A stretch of 64,000 nucleotides of DNA, from NCBI GenBank assembly GCA_964016885.1, contig OZ024754.1, positions 45,880,001-45,944,000 of the forward strand, read 5' to 3'. Origin of the DNA: Eledone cirrhosa. Taxonomy: Eukaryota. The notes below the pieces were generated by a model. That model was not told where the DNA came from and ran no database searches. It saw only the letters and a program-made list of their open reading frames with translations. The position numbers and the translations under genes are program-made. Position 1 is the stretch's first letter. Every line of letters starts with the position of its first letter. This document shows, in pieces, positions 17,604-34,530 of this stretch.

Positions 17604-17740
17604 GTCCAGAATACTGGGGTAAACTTAATCACGAATGGACACTCTGTGACATAGGGAAACAGCAATCACCCATCAATATCGATCCTAAGTCATTGGTTTA
17701 TGATCCTAATCTGAGACCATTCAAGATGGAGAGAAAACGG
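17604..17740 (+). CDS. CA10: Alpha-carbonic anhydrase-related protein (CARP, CA10-like), internal exon A
   Basis: Poly-T tract with CAG acceptor (17601-17603) and GTAAGT donor (17741). Reads (G)PEYWGKLNHEWTLCDIGKQQSPINIDPKSLVYDPNLRPFKMERKR, containing the alpha-CA GPxxW...C..G..QSPINI motif. Phase 1 in, phase 0 out. The symbol reflects family resemblance, not proven orthology. Confidence 0.9.
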
Positions 17741-18140
17741 GTAAGTACACTTGATGGGGTTGATATATTTAGAACCTTCTAGAGATTGGTTGCTCCTCAA
17801 CTAACAACACTAATATTCTTTACTTCTTGGTTACTGTATGATTTGTTTGATGTGAAATAACATGTATTGTATATGTATGTTGGATCTCGCTCGGTTGCGA
17901 CGAAGAATGTCCAAGTTTTTTAACCAATAAAACAGCCTCGTCGTGATCATGTGGAGGAATAGCTTTGTTGTTATTCTGCAATTATATTGGCCCTTCGTCT
18001 GGGACTCAATTCATAGGTCATTATTTATCGAATGATTCTCTTTGGAGTCACGTCCCGTTTTTATAGATGTTATTCTATTATAGTATAAATACAGCACTAT
18101 ACAGACACACACATATACACACAAATATATGTGTGTTTTG

Positions 18141-18240
<100 letters not shown>

Positions 18241-19069
18241 AATTATGGTGCAAATTCCATATTTTATAATGTAAAAGTTAATCTAGAATTTGTGGAAAGT
18301 TAAATTCTCCAAATTCATGACTATTATTCAACTGGTTTGAAAATTATAGTCAGTGTCTTTCATTAGAAATACGATAAGGAAAGGGTTAAAAAATGGTATC
18401 TAGAAATAATTTTGCAGTGCAAAAAGCTTCAAGCAAGAATCGAAACCGTGCTGTTGATCAGCTGGACGCTTATCTTGTGTTTTTTTTATATAATTAAGTT
18501 TAAACGGATGGTGCATAGATGGATGATCTTGTTTGTGCTCTACGGAGATTGCTTGAAGACAGCCGAAGCAAATTAAAATGAAGGAAAAATATAACAAAAC
18601 AAGTGAAAGGTCAGAAAGAAGAACAATTTAAAAACATTAAAATAGCAACATTAACATGAAAACTACATCAAGACGTTAGCCATTAAAATAAGTTCAGGGA
18701 TTATTAAACATATTAGGCATTTATTTGTTTACATTTATTCATTGATTATTTCTCCTATTTTTCTTATGAACTTTTAAGATGAGGTCAAACAAAATCTCAC
18801 GGGATTTTTTCTTCTTTTTGAGATTCATTTTATTGGGGGTTTTTTTTATTATTCGTTGACTCCATTTTATTTTTAAACGCGGAGGGGAGGCGACGTAGGT
18901 TGATATTTTATGGAGGGGAGATTGTTGGGTTTCTTTCTTCTTTTAACTGAGTGAAGATTGTGTTTTGTGTGTTATGATTGCAGTGGCGTTGTTGTCAGCG
19001 TTGTTGTTGTTGGGTAGGTTATTCATTCTCCACCCACCATTTTGTTTTTATTAATATTATTATTATTAC

Positions 19070-19129
<60 letters not shown>

Positions 19130-19437
19130 CTTCCGTAAATTTTCTGCAATTCTTTAACAAACAATTTTATGTTGGAAAAAAAAATGTCCATAACCACAAA
19201 GATATGAAATTTGTGGCGCATGATTAAAATAAATCAAAATACAAACTATAAAAGCAGAAATGAAAGGAAATATAATCCACACACACAGTGACCTCCCTGA
19301 CCTCATACAAATGACCACAACTTCTTAAGCTTCTCCATGCGTTCATTTCCAAATGCTTTTCCTTTGATTATTCAAGCTGGACATGGTCTAAGAATTTTGT
19401 TTGTATTTCGTTGTTTTTATTTTTTTTTATTTGTTTG

Positions 19438-19469
<32 letters not shown>

Positions 19470-19591
19470 GGTGGAGGAGGGGTCTTCTTTTTAATCTCAT
19501 GTTCTCTTGTTCGGGGTTAACTTTTGCATGAAATAACAATAGCAATTACAACGATGACGGCGGCAACATATTAAATATTGTTTTCCAATTT

Positions 19592-19720
19592 TAGGCACAA
19601 GGCCAGAAATTTGGATATGGGCGGGGCACTATTGACCGTAGTACATGACTGTATTTTGTGTTACTGACCCTGAAACGATGAAAGGCAAAGTTAACGTCGG
19701 CGAGGTTTGAACCTAAAACG
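19592..19720 (-). mobile_element. Degenerate tRNA-derived SINE
   Basis: Contains AGGCACAAGGCCAG and GATGAAAGGCAAAGTTAAC, shared with the better copies. Confidence 0.7.
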
Positions 19721-19740
19721 TGGCATATTCAGTATGATAA

Positions 19741-19925
19741 ATAATTGTTTCTACTTTAGGCACAAGGCCAGCAATTATCCCAGTGCATTACTGGTACTTT
19801 ATTTTATCGACCCCTTAGGGATGAAAGGCAAAGTTAACCTCGGCGGGATTTGAACTCAGATCATAAAGAGACGTAACTATGCTGGAAAGCATGGCGTCCG
19901 ACCCTCTACCGATACTGCCAATCCA
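19741..19925 (-). mobile_element. tRNA-derived SINE, near full length (short variant)
   Basis: The minus strand has A box TGGCAGTATCGG, B box GAGTTCAAATCC, core GTTAACTTTGCCTTTCATCC..GGGGTCGATAAAATAAAGTACC and 3' end GGCCTTGTGCCTAAAGTAGAAACAATTAT. Confidence 0.85.
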
Positions 19926-20441
19926 TAAATAATGGCTTCTGACAGGCACAAGGTCAAGATTCTTTTGTTTGTTTGTTTTTGATAGGGAGGAGAAAGTCGA
20001 TTAAATCGACCTCAGTACGTTACAAGTATTAATAACAACATTCTCAAACACCTTTAATTCCCCGCCTTCCTTACTGACCTTTAGTACGGCTTTCAGTAAA
20101 CCGGATCTTATGGACCTTACACCTCTGTGAGCCCATCTCCTCTTTAGGTCTGAGCACAGGCGATTTCTTCTAGAGAAAGAGCGAGAAAGAAAGAGACAGA
20201 CAGACAGAGAAAGAGACAAAGACATACAAGGAAGTGAGAGAGACATATAGAGGAAAGGTCGACCCCAGTATTGGACTGATACTCTTTTTATCGACCACGA
20301 AAGGATGAAAGGCAAAGATGAACTCAGAAAACAGGGAACCAGACAGAATACCAAATATTCCATCCGACGTTTTGACGACTCCTAATTCGTCACAACCAGC
20401 AGTACTATAACCAATATTAAAATACCAAACCTACTTATATT

Positions 20442-20551
20442 TGTTTCTGATTTAGGCACAAGGCCAATAATTTCAGGGGAGGGGAAATTCGATTACCAAT
20501 ACTTTATTTTATCGACCCTTTAAAGATGAAAGGCAAAACTAACCTCGGCAT
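20442..20551 (-). mobile_element. 5'-truncated SINE with 17-bp TSD
   Basis: CCAAACCTACTTATATT at 20425-20441 and 20552-20568 flanks SINE core sequence. Confidence 0.8.
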
Positions 20552-22409
20552 CCAAACCTACTTATATTAATTATCTTTCCTAACAACACGTAAACCATTG
20601 AAAGGGCCCGCATGTGTTATCTCCCCTTGTTAAAAACACCCAACTGTTTTTTGTTTAATGACGAACCATTGGCTAATATATCCCTATATATACAAAGGAG
20701 GGCATGATCTTAGTTGGGTTGCTTTTGATAATACGTCTAATCAAGAAAGGTTGATCTGGGATTAAGCAAATACAATAGATAACTACAAATACTGCTGCCA
20801 CTCATATTACAAATACTACTGCTAGTGCTACTACTACTAGTACTTCTACTACTGCTGCTGCTGCTGCTATTAATGCTACTACAGCTACTGCTTCTACTAT
20901 AACTACTACAACTAATACAACTGTCATCTCCCCAACCACTGCAACATTATCACTGCCAACTCCGACACTATTTTCAGAACCATTGCACCACTATCTCCTT
21001 AGTGGTGGTCACCGTCATCACCACCATCAACACCATTAGCACAACCATCACACCACTATTTTCATAGCATTGACCACCACCACCACCACCATCACCACCA
21101 CCACCACCACGATCTCCGCCATCGCCATCAGCACAGTCATTGCACCGCTATCTTCCATCATCAAAACACTCACCACAGAAAATGTAATAACGACTATGAA
21201 TAGCGCTACCAAAAACAACGGCCACCCCCGTTCTTAACACGAACAAAAAAAAAAAAAAATCTAGCGCCACCAGCACCTTTAGAAATTCACACAACAACCA
21301 CATCTAATTCGTAAAAATACAAGTAGAGAATAAAAACAAAATTAGCTTGAAATTAGATGAAGAAAAACAAGAGGAATATATGAAAAGATATAGAAAGAAA
21401 AAGCCATTTTAAAAAACTGGAATGTAGCTAAGTTATCTACATGTAGTCATATGAAGACTGGTAGATCGATAACTATATTACATACTTCCTACACTCACTT
21501 TTGTAAACATTCTTAACGAATAATAAAAGTTACTAAGTTAGAGGATATTGCAATACGTTGCCTACGCTAGAAACTGAATAATATCAGTGAGGGTAAGATG
21601 GTGGCTGAGAAAAAGACCAGGTTCTTTCATTTTAGGTTTAGAATAATAGAAAAAAATATATTACATCGAATCGACGTGGAGATTGAGGGAAAAAATAAAC
21701 GACAAAATTCTTCCTTCTTACTTTTATTACAAGTGTAATGTTTAGGTTCTTGCCGTGGTTGTTGCTGTTATTTTTTTATTTTTGTTTAACGAGAGGTTAA
21801 CCTATGTTCCATGCGAGTCTCTCTCATATTTTGATACATAGTTTCATTTAGACTATATTAGAATTCTTGGGGATTTGGTTGGGATTTGGAACATTCAACG
21901 ACCATGTAAAGTGTAAAGTATCCTTTATTATCGCAAGTTAATTGTAATAATGGAAAGTAACATTTCTTTATCATTTTCCTTTATCTTACATATATACATA
22001 AAAAGCTGCAAATCTGTCTTCTTATTATGACTATATATATGTGTGTTTGTCTGTGAGTGAGCGTGTGTGGGGGTGTAATAAATGACTGATAAAAACCGGT
22101 TCGATGCGGTCGAAATATAAGGGTAAAGAATGACAAATAAAACAAAACAAATTAATGTTTTACCCAGATATACTTCAACATTCTTTTCAAATGTGGAACG
22201 GAAACGGAGCAAAACAAAAAGAAGCGAGCGATGTGTCATTCAATCACTGGTCTACGTATGTGAAATACGCATGCAATCGTTATAGTAGTCACTCTACTTC
22301 GTACGTTTCCAATCTATTATTTATCTCTGGTTGTTTCTTGCTGATGTTAACGACCTCTTTAATTCTTAAATTAACCACATTCCTTTCCGTCGCTTCTATA
22401 TAAACATAT

Positions 22410-22520
<111 letters not shown>

Positions 22521-22832
22521 TATAGATATATATATTCACATTCATGTACACATATAATATAAATAGATAAGTCTATATTTGTATATATATGTGTGTGTAT
22601 GTGTGTGTATGTGTGTGTATGTGTGTATTATATGTATATAAAATGCATATATATGTGTGTATATATATATATACATATGTATAGATATATATATATATAT
22701 ATATGTGTGTGTGCGTGTTTATATTTATATACCCACATACACTTCTATAGATAGATTAATACCCATATCAATATGACTATATATACATTATATCAACACA
22801 TATTTGAGGTCATATGCATGTATATGTGTGTG

Positions 22833-22904
<72 letters not shown>

Positions 22905-22923
22905 TAGATAGATAGATAGATAG

Positions 22924-23008
<85 letters not shown>

Positions 23009-24100
23009 CATATATATACATATATGTATATCTATATATATAGATATAGATATATATGTGTGTATGTATATAAATATATATATATGTATAGAATATATAT
23101 ATATATACATGTCTGTGTGTGTGCGCGTGTGTGTGTGTGTATAAACTAATATATATCTATAGGTGTTGCCTAGCAACTAATTAACAACTGGTTTCATGCA
23201 GCAACTTCAACTTTGAACTTCTTTACAATCTCTTACTAAATATATTTCTGATATTCTAGGGTAATAATTGTTGTTGTTATTGCTGTTGTCGTTGCTGTTG
23301 TTGTTGTTGGTGTTGTTGCTGTTGTTGTTGCTGTTGTTGCTGGTGTTGTTGTAGTTGTTGTTGCTGGTGTTTCTGTTATTGTTGTTGCTGTTGTTTCTGT
23401 TATTGTTGTCTATAAGTCTTATGTTCACAGAAGAGACGATCATATCTAACGGAATAGTGTTAGATATGTAGAAGTAATGTGACACAGATTATGATGATGT
23501 TTATAGAAATGGTGAAGTCAATACATATTGTGAACCATCTTGATAAGCACGAGACCATATGTGGAGAATATGAATGGTAAATGGACAGAGTCGTTGGAAC
23601 GGTTGACTGAAGTTATTGTGGTATCCGTTGCGGTTCTCTGCACTCGCAGTTCAAACCACATCGAGGTCAACTTTGCATACTCATCCGTTCGAGGTCAACA
23701 AAGAAAAAAGTTCCAGTCCATTCCGGGGGGGGGGGGTTCATCCTATATATTTCATTATCCCTTCTTCTTCTTCTCTCTCACTCTCTCTCTCGATATATAC
23801 ATATAAGTGTTTGTGTGTCTGTGTGTGTAATTCACCGAAAGTCTCAACTCTTTCAGTGTCTACCAGTTTTGTTGAATCCCAATGTGGAATGGAATGAATA
23901 GTTAGAAACTTAATGCACTGAAACTATAATAATTTCTAGAGGTTTACTGATGAGGTGGGTCTGTCTATTGTCATTGACCTGTGCGACCCATGTTTTGGAG
24001 ATATATAAATACATACATATATATATATATATCAGGAACTAATATGTAGACGAGAGCTCAATAATATGTATATATGTATATATGCACTCATGCAGTCTAA

Positions 24101-24144
<44 letters not shown>

Positions 24145-24309
24145 GTGTGTTTACATTTCTGTCTACTAATATAGGTAACTTTCGTATTTTGTGTTTTTAA
24201 TATTGTTGTATTTATGTTTCTGTGCGTGGGGAAGGGGTGCTTGTGTGTGTGTGTGTCTACGTCTGTGTATATGTACATGTAAAACTTCCTAAGTGTATGT
24301 GTGTGTACC

Positions 24310-24369
<60 letters not shown>

Positions 24370-24449
24370 AACAATGTCTATGTTCTCAGCTTAAACAATT
24401 CATATTGGCATATTTATCGATGTTTTATTGGAAGTAGAAGTCGTTAAAT

Positions 24450-25267
<818 letters not shown>

Positions 25268-25730
25268 TGTGGGGTAAACATTTAGTCCCGGAGGCATAGT
25301 TATATACAAATCTGTTTAAATATTCCTTTGGTTCATTCGCTTCAAAGTTTGTCAAACACGAAACTCTAATGTATATTCATATTCACTCACAGATACATAC
25401 CTCAATATAATATTATATATATGTGTGTGTGTGTGTGTACACAGCTCATATACAATTATACATACGTGTGCATCATACCCTTATATATACCCATTTTCAT
25501 TATGTTCTGACGTGAATACACATCACTATACACATGAAGCTTTAAACACACACGTTGGTATATACAAACACATACATAGACTTACATTTGCACATATAAA
25601 CAAGTTATAGTTATATATACACGTTTGTGTGTGTGTGAAAGTGTATGTGTGTATGTGTGGGCGTATGCGTGTAGGGTGTGGGAGGTGGAACAGTTCCATG
25701 CGAGAGTTTGTCTACCTACAGCTACATATA

Positions 25731-25767
<37 letters not shown>

Positions 25768-25826
25768 ACACATATATATATTCTATATATATATAAATAA
25801 AATGTATATATATATATATACGTGCT

Positions 25827-25862
<36 letters not shown>

Positions 25863-26025
25863 CTTGTGTGTGTGTGTATATATATATAATTATATATATA
25901 TATATATGTATATGTGTGTGTATGTATAAAGCAACCAATGCGCATGCGCGAACACATTGTTGATTATCTATGCACACACTCACACTCACACGCGCACACG
26001 CACACTCACACACACACACACTCAT

Positions 26026-26097
<72 letters not shown>

Positions 26098-26769
26098 ACA
26101 CATACAGCGTATTGCTATTTTGATTTAAGTACTTTAAACCAGAACGCATTTATTGCCTCCAAAATTTCATTTTCCCTGCTACACTTTGTTTTTGCTTGTT
26201 TTTGCTTGTTTTTCCTTGATTTTCCTTGTTTTTTTGGTTTCTTCTCTATATTATCTTATCGTTTGCTTATTGTAGTTTTTACATTTTCTTATTGTTATAG
26301 ACACTGTCCATACGTTTATTGTATTTCTTCGTGTTATTGCTGTTGTTGTTGTTGTTGTTGCAGCAGTTGCTGATGTTGTCGTTGTTGTTGCTTTTGCTGA
26401 TCTTGTTATTGCTGTTGTTGCAGTTGTTAACTGTTCTAGTTGCAGTTTTTCTTGTTCATGCTGTCCGTTTTGTTGTTTCGTCTTTGTTGTGTTATTTTGT
26501 TTGTTGTTGCTGTTGTTGTCAGTTTGAGCCTAAAGCAATATTTAGTAGTAACAAAATGGTTGCCAACTTAACTGGTCGGTTATCATTATTCTCCAGACAT
26601 TCTCTCTTCTATTCCGCCCACAGCTCCCAGTTCATTTTACTTCACGCATACATACATATACACATACACACATACACATACACACATACACATACACGTG
26701 TGCGTATTACAGACGCCCAGAAATATATACATTATAAATGAGTTATATATATATTATATATGCATGTTT

Positions 26770-26805
<36 letters not shown>

Positions 26806-28959
26806 CGGTTCTAAGAAGACTACTAGCATATTGCATACCTTTCTAACTCTCATTTTTTAAACCTTTTTTACTCTTCTTCTTCTTCTTCATGATGTTCACC
26901 CCTCCCTCCAGGTTTTTCGTCCTTCTCCTCATTATTTATCCCTCCTTTCCAACACCTCTACCATCTTGTTCCTTATAGCCATCAACAGTTACCAATGCAC
27001 GAGGGAGCTGCATCACAATATAATGTTATCTAATTTGATAACATTCTAATTGTAAGCCACATTGGTTTTTAAGTGCAGTTTAAGTTTTTCAACCAATAAT
27101 TTTATATGAATTTATCTTGCCAAGAACATGCTTAATTTTTCTTTTAAAATTTACGAATATCTTAAGGAATTCATCTTAGTCTTTTAACATTTAAACCGGT
27201 GGGAATTCTCTCACCTCTTTCTGTTCAAACCGACTGTAACTGGCTGCTCATACTGATGTTAAGGTATAGCTCTCAAAATAACTAATTTCAAAATCTCATA
27301 GATTCAATATTATGTGAGATAGTTATGTGAGCTCAGATCACACGTTTTCCTTAATGTTTTTTATTCAACAGTGAGGGAAATAAAAGAGCTGTTATTCAGT
27401 TAATTGTATACAAATAAAATTCCCTACTTCTCAAACAACATTATTTTTCCTCTTTTTATCTCTAAGACGATTATCAAATCTCGAAACGTTAAATTCTATA
27501 CTTCTCAAGGCCATTACAATTATCTCCCAATTTCTTCGTTGTTATTATTGCTCTGTATATAGGCTTCATACTTTTCTTTCATACTCTATTTATGTCTTAA
27601 TTCCACTAACAACTACTCATTATTTCTAAATTTACAACTGTCAATATTTTGTAATTTACAATGTGTAGATATATTCATCATTTTTTATCCTTTTCGTGTT
27701 AATATATCTAGATTATATATTCACGACTACGAAATCAGAAAGATCAATAGTCATGAAATACTCAATAAATTTTGAGTTGCTAAATTGATTTATTTATTTG
27801 GAGTTAAACCCTATGGAGAGTTCTCTGTAAGATTTTCCTATAAATACATATATTAATATGTCTACATATTTCCCAAGATGTCGTGACAAACAGTTGTTTT
27901 AAGCCTTTCATTCGATCTAATATATATTATCATATATTCTCGTTTATCACAACATCTATGGAAACATCTATTTGTTTCGAAAACTAGATTCCTTATAACT
28001 CCCTGTTACCTACTTTTAGAAAAATGGTGTTGCAATGTCTGACTAGTAAATAACTGAAAATATTTCTATTGTCTATTTATTCTCTAACTCATCTCTGTCA
28101 ATGTAAACCAGCCGCGTGTTTACAGCTGTTTCACAAACAGATCTTCCATGGCTAATTTTAAATTAACATTATCAAGAGAGCCAGGATGTTATTCAGGTGT
28201 TGCTTGTACTGAAATACATGTTATTTATTGTTATATATCGTTCGCCCTCTGTTGTCCTTGGTCCCCGCACTGCCGATTCCTAAGCAAAATCGGAAAGACA
28301 ACGGATTAAATCTACCACCCACTTATACCTGGAGGGTTTTTTAACTCACGGGGCAGGAGGGAATAAATAAAGCATGTCATCTCGCCTGAAGTCCTATAAA
28401 TTCTCTCAATTTTCCACTCTAGAATTGTACTTTATTTTATCGATCGTAAAAGGGAGAAAGGTGGGGTTGACCTCGTCGGAATTCGAAATCGGTGCGCAGA
28501 TCACCGGAACAAATAACGGAAGGCATTTTTTACTACGCTCTGCCAAATTGCAGCCGTAATTCCACGAAGAATAAGTAGCTATTATGCAGTCATGTATTAT
28601 TCTTCAAGAAACTTGGAAATAATATAACCCCCTATTAAACATTATTAGTTGACCTAAAAAAAAATCGATGACTCTCGAAGACTTAGCCAAATCTCCGATT
28701 ACAGGAAAAAGTATTGATTTCGTTCAAAAACTGATGGCTTTCTAAGATGCCAACACACCGTCCCTTAACAATCAATAAAGAAACCTTCCCCTGTCCTGAG
28801 CTGATAAAGCTCTAAAGCTTTAATTCTATTTAGTTTTGTTTTGTTTGTTCTTCATGATGTTGAAGTTTCTGTAATAAAATACACTATCAGTGTAGAACAC
28901 CGTAAAATTCTAGAGAACTTCCATTGTTGATGTTGTTGTTACTGTTGTTGCTTTAATTG

Positions 28960-29150
28960 TTGTTTAACCCTAGGTCAATCTTTATCGAGCAGACCTTAGG
29001 ATCAAACACATTTCAGCAATGATCATTCTGTCATTTAGTTTTTGTTTTTTTTTATATAGACATAATATCTAATGTGTCCTTTTTTTAAGACTCTAGGGTG
29101 TATTATGAGGGTGATATGGCTACTGTTCTTAGCAGTTCAAACAACTACAT
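28960..29150 (-). mobile_element. Second, older interspersed repeat family (related copies near 58495-58700, 36090-36250 and 40200)
   Basis: Shared ATCGAGCAGAC...ATCAAA and TTTAAGAC...GGC..TTCTAGCAG segments next to (GTT)n tracts. The strand is inferred from the (AAC)n tail. Confidence 0.5.
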
Positions 29151-29572
29151 ACAGGGCTCCTTCGTCAGATCATTGTTGCTGTTGTTGTTATTGTTGACGT
29201 TCTCTTTTTTAGTTGTTGTTACAACTGCTGAAGGTGATAAGGTAGCGTGGAATTTTACATGATGTTGTGGTTGTTGTTGTTGTTGTTTGTGGTAGTGGTG
29301 ATGGAGGGGGTTACATGTTGATGATGAAGGTGGTGTTGGTGTGGTCTTGTTTTACATGTTGCAGCTGGTGGTGGTGGTATTTTACAAGTTGTTGAAGGTG
29401 GTAGTGGAGGTATATTGCATCTAGTTCAAGGTGATGGTGGGGATGTGGTTTTACATGTTGTTGTTGAAGGGTGGTGGTGGTGGTGTAGTTAGATTTTATA
29501 CGTTGGTGGTGGTGGTAGGGTGAATGTGATGGTGGTGACGATTGGTATTACTAACGCTAACCTCGAAATAAT

Positions 29573-29757
29573 TGTTTCTACTTTTGGTACAAGGCCAGCA
29601 AATACCCAGTACATTACTGGTACTTTATTTCATCGACCCCGTAAGGATGAAAGGCAAAGTTAACCTCGACGAGATTTGAACTCAGACTGTAAAGGGACGT
29701 AACTATGCTAGAAAGCATGGTACCTGACCCTCTACCGATACTGCCAATTCACCGCCT
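29573..29757 (-). mobile_element. Full-length tRNA-derived SINE with 15-bp TSD
   Basis: TSD TAACCTCGAAATAAT at 29558-29572 and 29758-29772. A and B boxes and the core are present. Confidence 0.9.
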
Positions 29758-30199
29758 TAACCTCGAAATAATGAAAGGCAACGTTGTCCTTGGGAGGATT
29801 TGAATTCAGAGCCCAAAGGCCCGGAACGAGTATCGCAGAGAATTCTATCCGACGTTCAAACGACTGAAATAAAAGTTAAATAATAGAAATAAAAATGAGT
29901 ATAATATTTGATAAGTGTATAATATAGAACTCTGCCGGGGCGGTAGAGCAGCAGAATCATTAGATCGTCGGACTGCAGGCTTTAATTACGGTCCTTTATT
30001 TCCTGGTTAGTGCAATCAACCGTTATTTCAAAGATATGAGGTTCGATTCCTTGTAACGACTGTTGGGGATTTTAACCGATTTTCTAAACTATTATTTATA
30101 GCAACAAACTGTATTGAGAGTTACTATCGATCGATTAAACCACTTGAACACGTGACCTTGCATGGCCACAGTCAGCAGTTGTAACCCGGAAAATAATAA

Positions 30200-30230
<31 letters not shown>

Positions 30231-30401
30231 GTGTGTATGTGTGAATATATATATGTGTGTGTGTGTCTGTGTGTGTGTATGTGTTTAATATAAATGGCTG
30301 CCGACCATGTTTATCACTTTAGTAAGATACAAGAATATGTCAAATTACGATTAACTTAATGGATGACGGTGACGGATAGATAGATAGATAGGCAGAAAGG
30401 T

Positions 30402-30647
<246 letters not shown>

Positions 30648-31071
30648 GAGATACGACATAGGTAGATAGGTAGGTAGGTAGGTAGGTAGGTAGGTAGGTT
30701 GATAATTAGATAGATAAATAGATAGACAGTCTATTGACAGTCATGGGCACTGAAGAAAATATGACCATGATTAATGTGAGCCAGTTTGAGAGATATTGCC
30801 CTAAGTAAATAATATTCTATCAGACAACGACTATGCCATTCTGATCTAAACAGCCTCCTCTCTTCTGAAATTGGCAGACGGTAACTTGGAACATAATATC
30901 AGCGCCGACGAATATATAACGACACGTCACAATCAATTTATTTGGTACACACAGACTATCCTACACACACTGGTACTCACCGGCACACACATACTCACAT
31001 ACACAAACATAGATATATACACACATAGGTAAATACACACACAGCCCTCTTCAAAGGGAAATATCTGTGTG

Positions 31072-31278
<207 letters not shown>

Positions 31279-31279
31279 C

Positions 31280-31369
<90 letters not shown>

Positions 31370-31533
31370 CTTGGTCAGTCAATGGCAACATTGAGGACCG
31401 AATAAATTAAATTACCGATATAAAGGACACAGAGGCGAAAAGCGAAAACCAACCAAACAGTGAGTGTGTTCTGTTATTAATTCTGGCAATATTACACAAA
31501 TATGACCCTCCCCTAAATATATAAATATATATA

Positions 31534-31586
<53 letters not shown>

Positions 31587-31644
31587 GTATTAATCTATGT
31601 GCCATTATATATATATATATGTCAATATATGTATATATATATAA

Positions 31645-31677
<33 letters not shown>

Positions 31678-32194
31678 GGCCCATAAACGCACATTAACCT
31701 TTTTGATCTGTCTGTTAGTGTTTCAGCAGACAACAGTAATAGATTAATAATAAACAGCCCTTAACGTGTTACTGTCATACATCAGATTACATGAGGTCAA
31801 TTATTCGGTGACAAGAAAACATTCATTGCTCTCCGTTTTACCTCTTACCACAAATAATTGCAAGATTTATGTTAATCATCCATAGCCTTCTCTCTCCTCT
31901 CTCTCCTCTCTCTCTCTCTCTCTTTCTCTTCAACCTTCGGCCCCCCCCCCCCTCTCTCTCTCTATATATATATATATATAATTGGATATATGAGAGGGAT
32001 GAAACAATCTATGATATATATATATACACATATATATTCAGCCTTCTCTCGCTATTCAGATTTCTCCCGTCTCTCTCTCTCTCTCTCTCTTCCTCTTTCT
32101 ATTTCCTCTATTTCCAAGTCTCTCCTCCTTTCCTCTTTATTCAACCTTCTACCGTCCCTCTCTCTCTCTTCAGCCTTCTCCCTCTCTCTCTCTT

Positions 32195-32265
<71 letters not shown>

Positions 32266-32269
<4 letters not shown>

Positions 32270-32472
32270 ATAATAATAAATTTGAAGACTAAAATCCAAA
32301 GAGGGCTCGATAAGGATAAATATATATCAAATATATAAGAATCGTAGAGCAAATATTTATTAAAATAACAGATTTTCTGAAAGATCTGAAAGATTATTAA
32401 AATAATCTTTCAGAAGATCCCGTTAAGGGTGAAAGCAGCGATTCTTTGCTTAAACTTTAATCTGTTATTTTA

Positions 32473-32475
<3 letters not shown>
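32266..32475 (+). mobile_element. Copy of the second (TA)n-embedded family, with internal fold-backs
   Basis: Inverted pair ATTAAAATAACAGATT / AATCTGTTATTTTAAT and hairpin CTGAAAGATTATT-aa-AATAATCTTTCAG. Confidence 0.7.
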
Positions 32476-32558
<83 letters not shown>

Positions 32559-34491
32559 GCAAGTCCATATGCTCTCATGTTTTAGCTGCAAGAGTGAATA
32601 TGTGTAATTCAAGTAAATAATTTCAAATAAAAATATATATGTCAGTGTCTACGAAATATCTTCATGTCATATACCACTATTCATTCACTAAATTTCTCTT
32701 TTATTACCTCGCTGCATAATTATTTCTGGTTTACTTACTTAAAGTCTCTTGTATTGGAATATCTCTGAACACTAAAACAGCTATTGTATTCTCATGCTAA
32801 TTGCATATCTTGTCTGTCTTCTTTTCTCTCAAAATAATTCTATATCTTTACACCTACCAGTGTGTAATCGCACAAGTTATCGCTGTACAGTTTCTATCAG
32901 TAATGCAGCAAGTATGTTAGCATTTGTACTTTGTTGTTCAAGTCAGAAGAACACAGAAACATGTCCAGTGTTTTATCTCCTGCATTCTAGAGAAACAAAA
33001 ATAAGTCATCGTCTAATATTGATTTTTTTTTTTCTAAGTATCATTTGATATTTCCTTTATCAACTAATTTAAATCAACTCAACTCATCTATATCTGCTCA
33101 TATATGTATATATATATATACATACTGTATATATATATTCAGGTACTAGTCGGCACAAACAAATGAAAACAGCAATCAAGATATGTGTAAGTTGATTTTA
33201 TCATGAATTTGACTAATTCTTGCATTAACAGTCGATTCATATATATGTTTACGACTACGAAACTGTTGTGAAATTTTCCTTGGTTTGAGTTTTTATTATC
33301 ATGTATTTTTCACGGGACTCCATCCCGTCGCGGTTTTGTTGACTAGGTGTTACTCAACACACACACAAACTCCTTTCTTTCCATTTCCTTCCTCATCTGC
33401 GATGATATTGCTATAGTCACGGTTAGCCTGGAGGAATAGCTTCAAACAAGATGTAAACATTTTATAAATTAGGTAGTTTTTGGTAAAGTGAGTTTCTTTG
33501 TTTTGGGGGACCAATCTTGTCTCTGCTAATGTCAACCAGATTCGTATATCTGCTTGAAGATGATAATATACGTCCAATAGGGAGTCAATTTCTTGTACCA
33601 GAAACCGACAACCAAGTCTCTTCCTTGTGCTTTCTTACCCTGAAGTTTTCCTATCACAGTCTCAAGGGTATCATTGATGCTGTGTTTTTGATGTAATGCT
33701 GGGCCAATAGTCCGTGTGGATTACTTTCAACGAAACTACATCTTGGTTGAACTTCTTTGCCCTTCGTATCTCTATAAATTGATGTTTGCTTTCAGCTGAA
33801 TCTTTCATTAATCATTTTCCTTTCCGCTAATCTCTTCTGATACCTGAGTGTATCGCTGACAGCTCCCAATTCTTGGTTGAGGGTGATCAACTTTTATTGA
33901 ATTGTTCCGCTTCTACTGGTTCCAACCAACATTTTTATTTTATATTTCACTCTTTGTTGATGAGGAGTGAAATATGTTTGTTTACTTTTGTTTACACGTG
34001 ATAAGCATCGTGTGTTTGTATGTATGATGTATATATGTATGTGTGTGTGTACATATGTATGTGCGTATGTATTAATCCATGCATGTAGGGATGGATGTTT
34101 CTTTTGAGCGTGTGTATGCATGTATGCATGCATCCGTGTATATATTGGTGGATGTGTGTATGTGCATGTATGTGTGTATGAAGATATGTATGTATGCGTG
34201 TATATGTGTACGTATTTGTGTACGTATGTATATATGTATGTATGTATACATGCATGTATGTATATACAGCAGTATATTTGTTGCTTAATAAGGTTTACTA
34301 CAGCAATGTCAATGTTCATACATACACAGACACACAACTGAACAAGAAGAAAGCACATAAACAATACCTGGTGACTTATGAACCTGTTACATCGGTTTAT
34401 TTGAGAGAAGAGTTAGACTTTCTGAGGAAACAAATTATCTTGGTAATAGTGTATATATATATATATACATATATACATACTATGTACAAAG

Positions 34492-34530
<39 letters not shown>

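Noticed and set aside
29573-29757. tRNA gene suggested by A and B boxes
   Set aside because: It is multicopy with a conserved non-tRNA body, tail and TSDs, so it is a SINE. No cloverleaf is evident.
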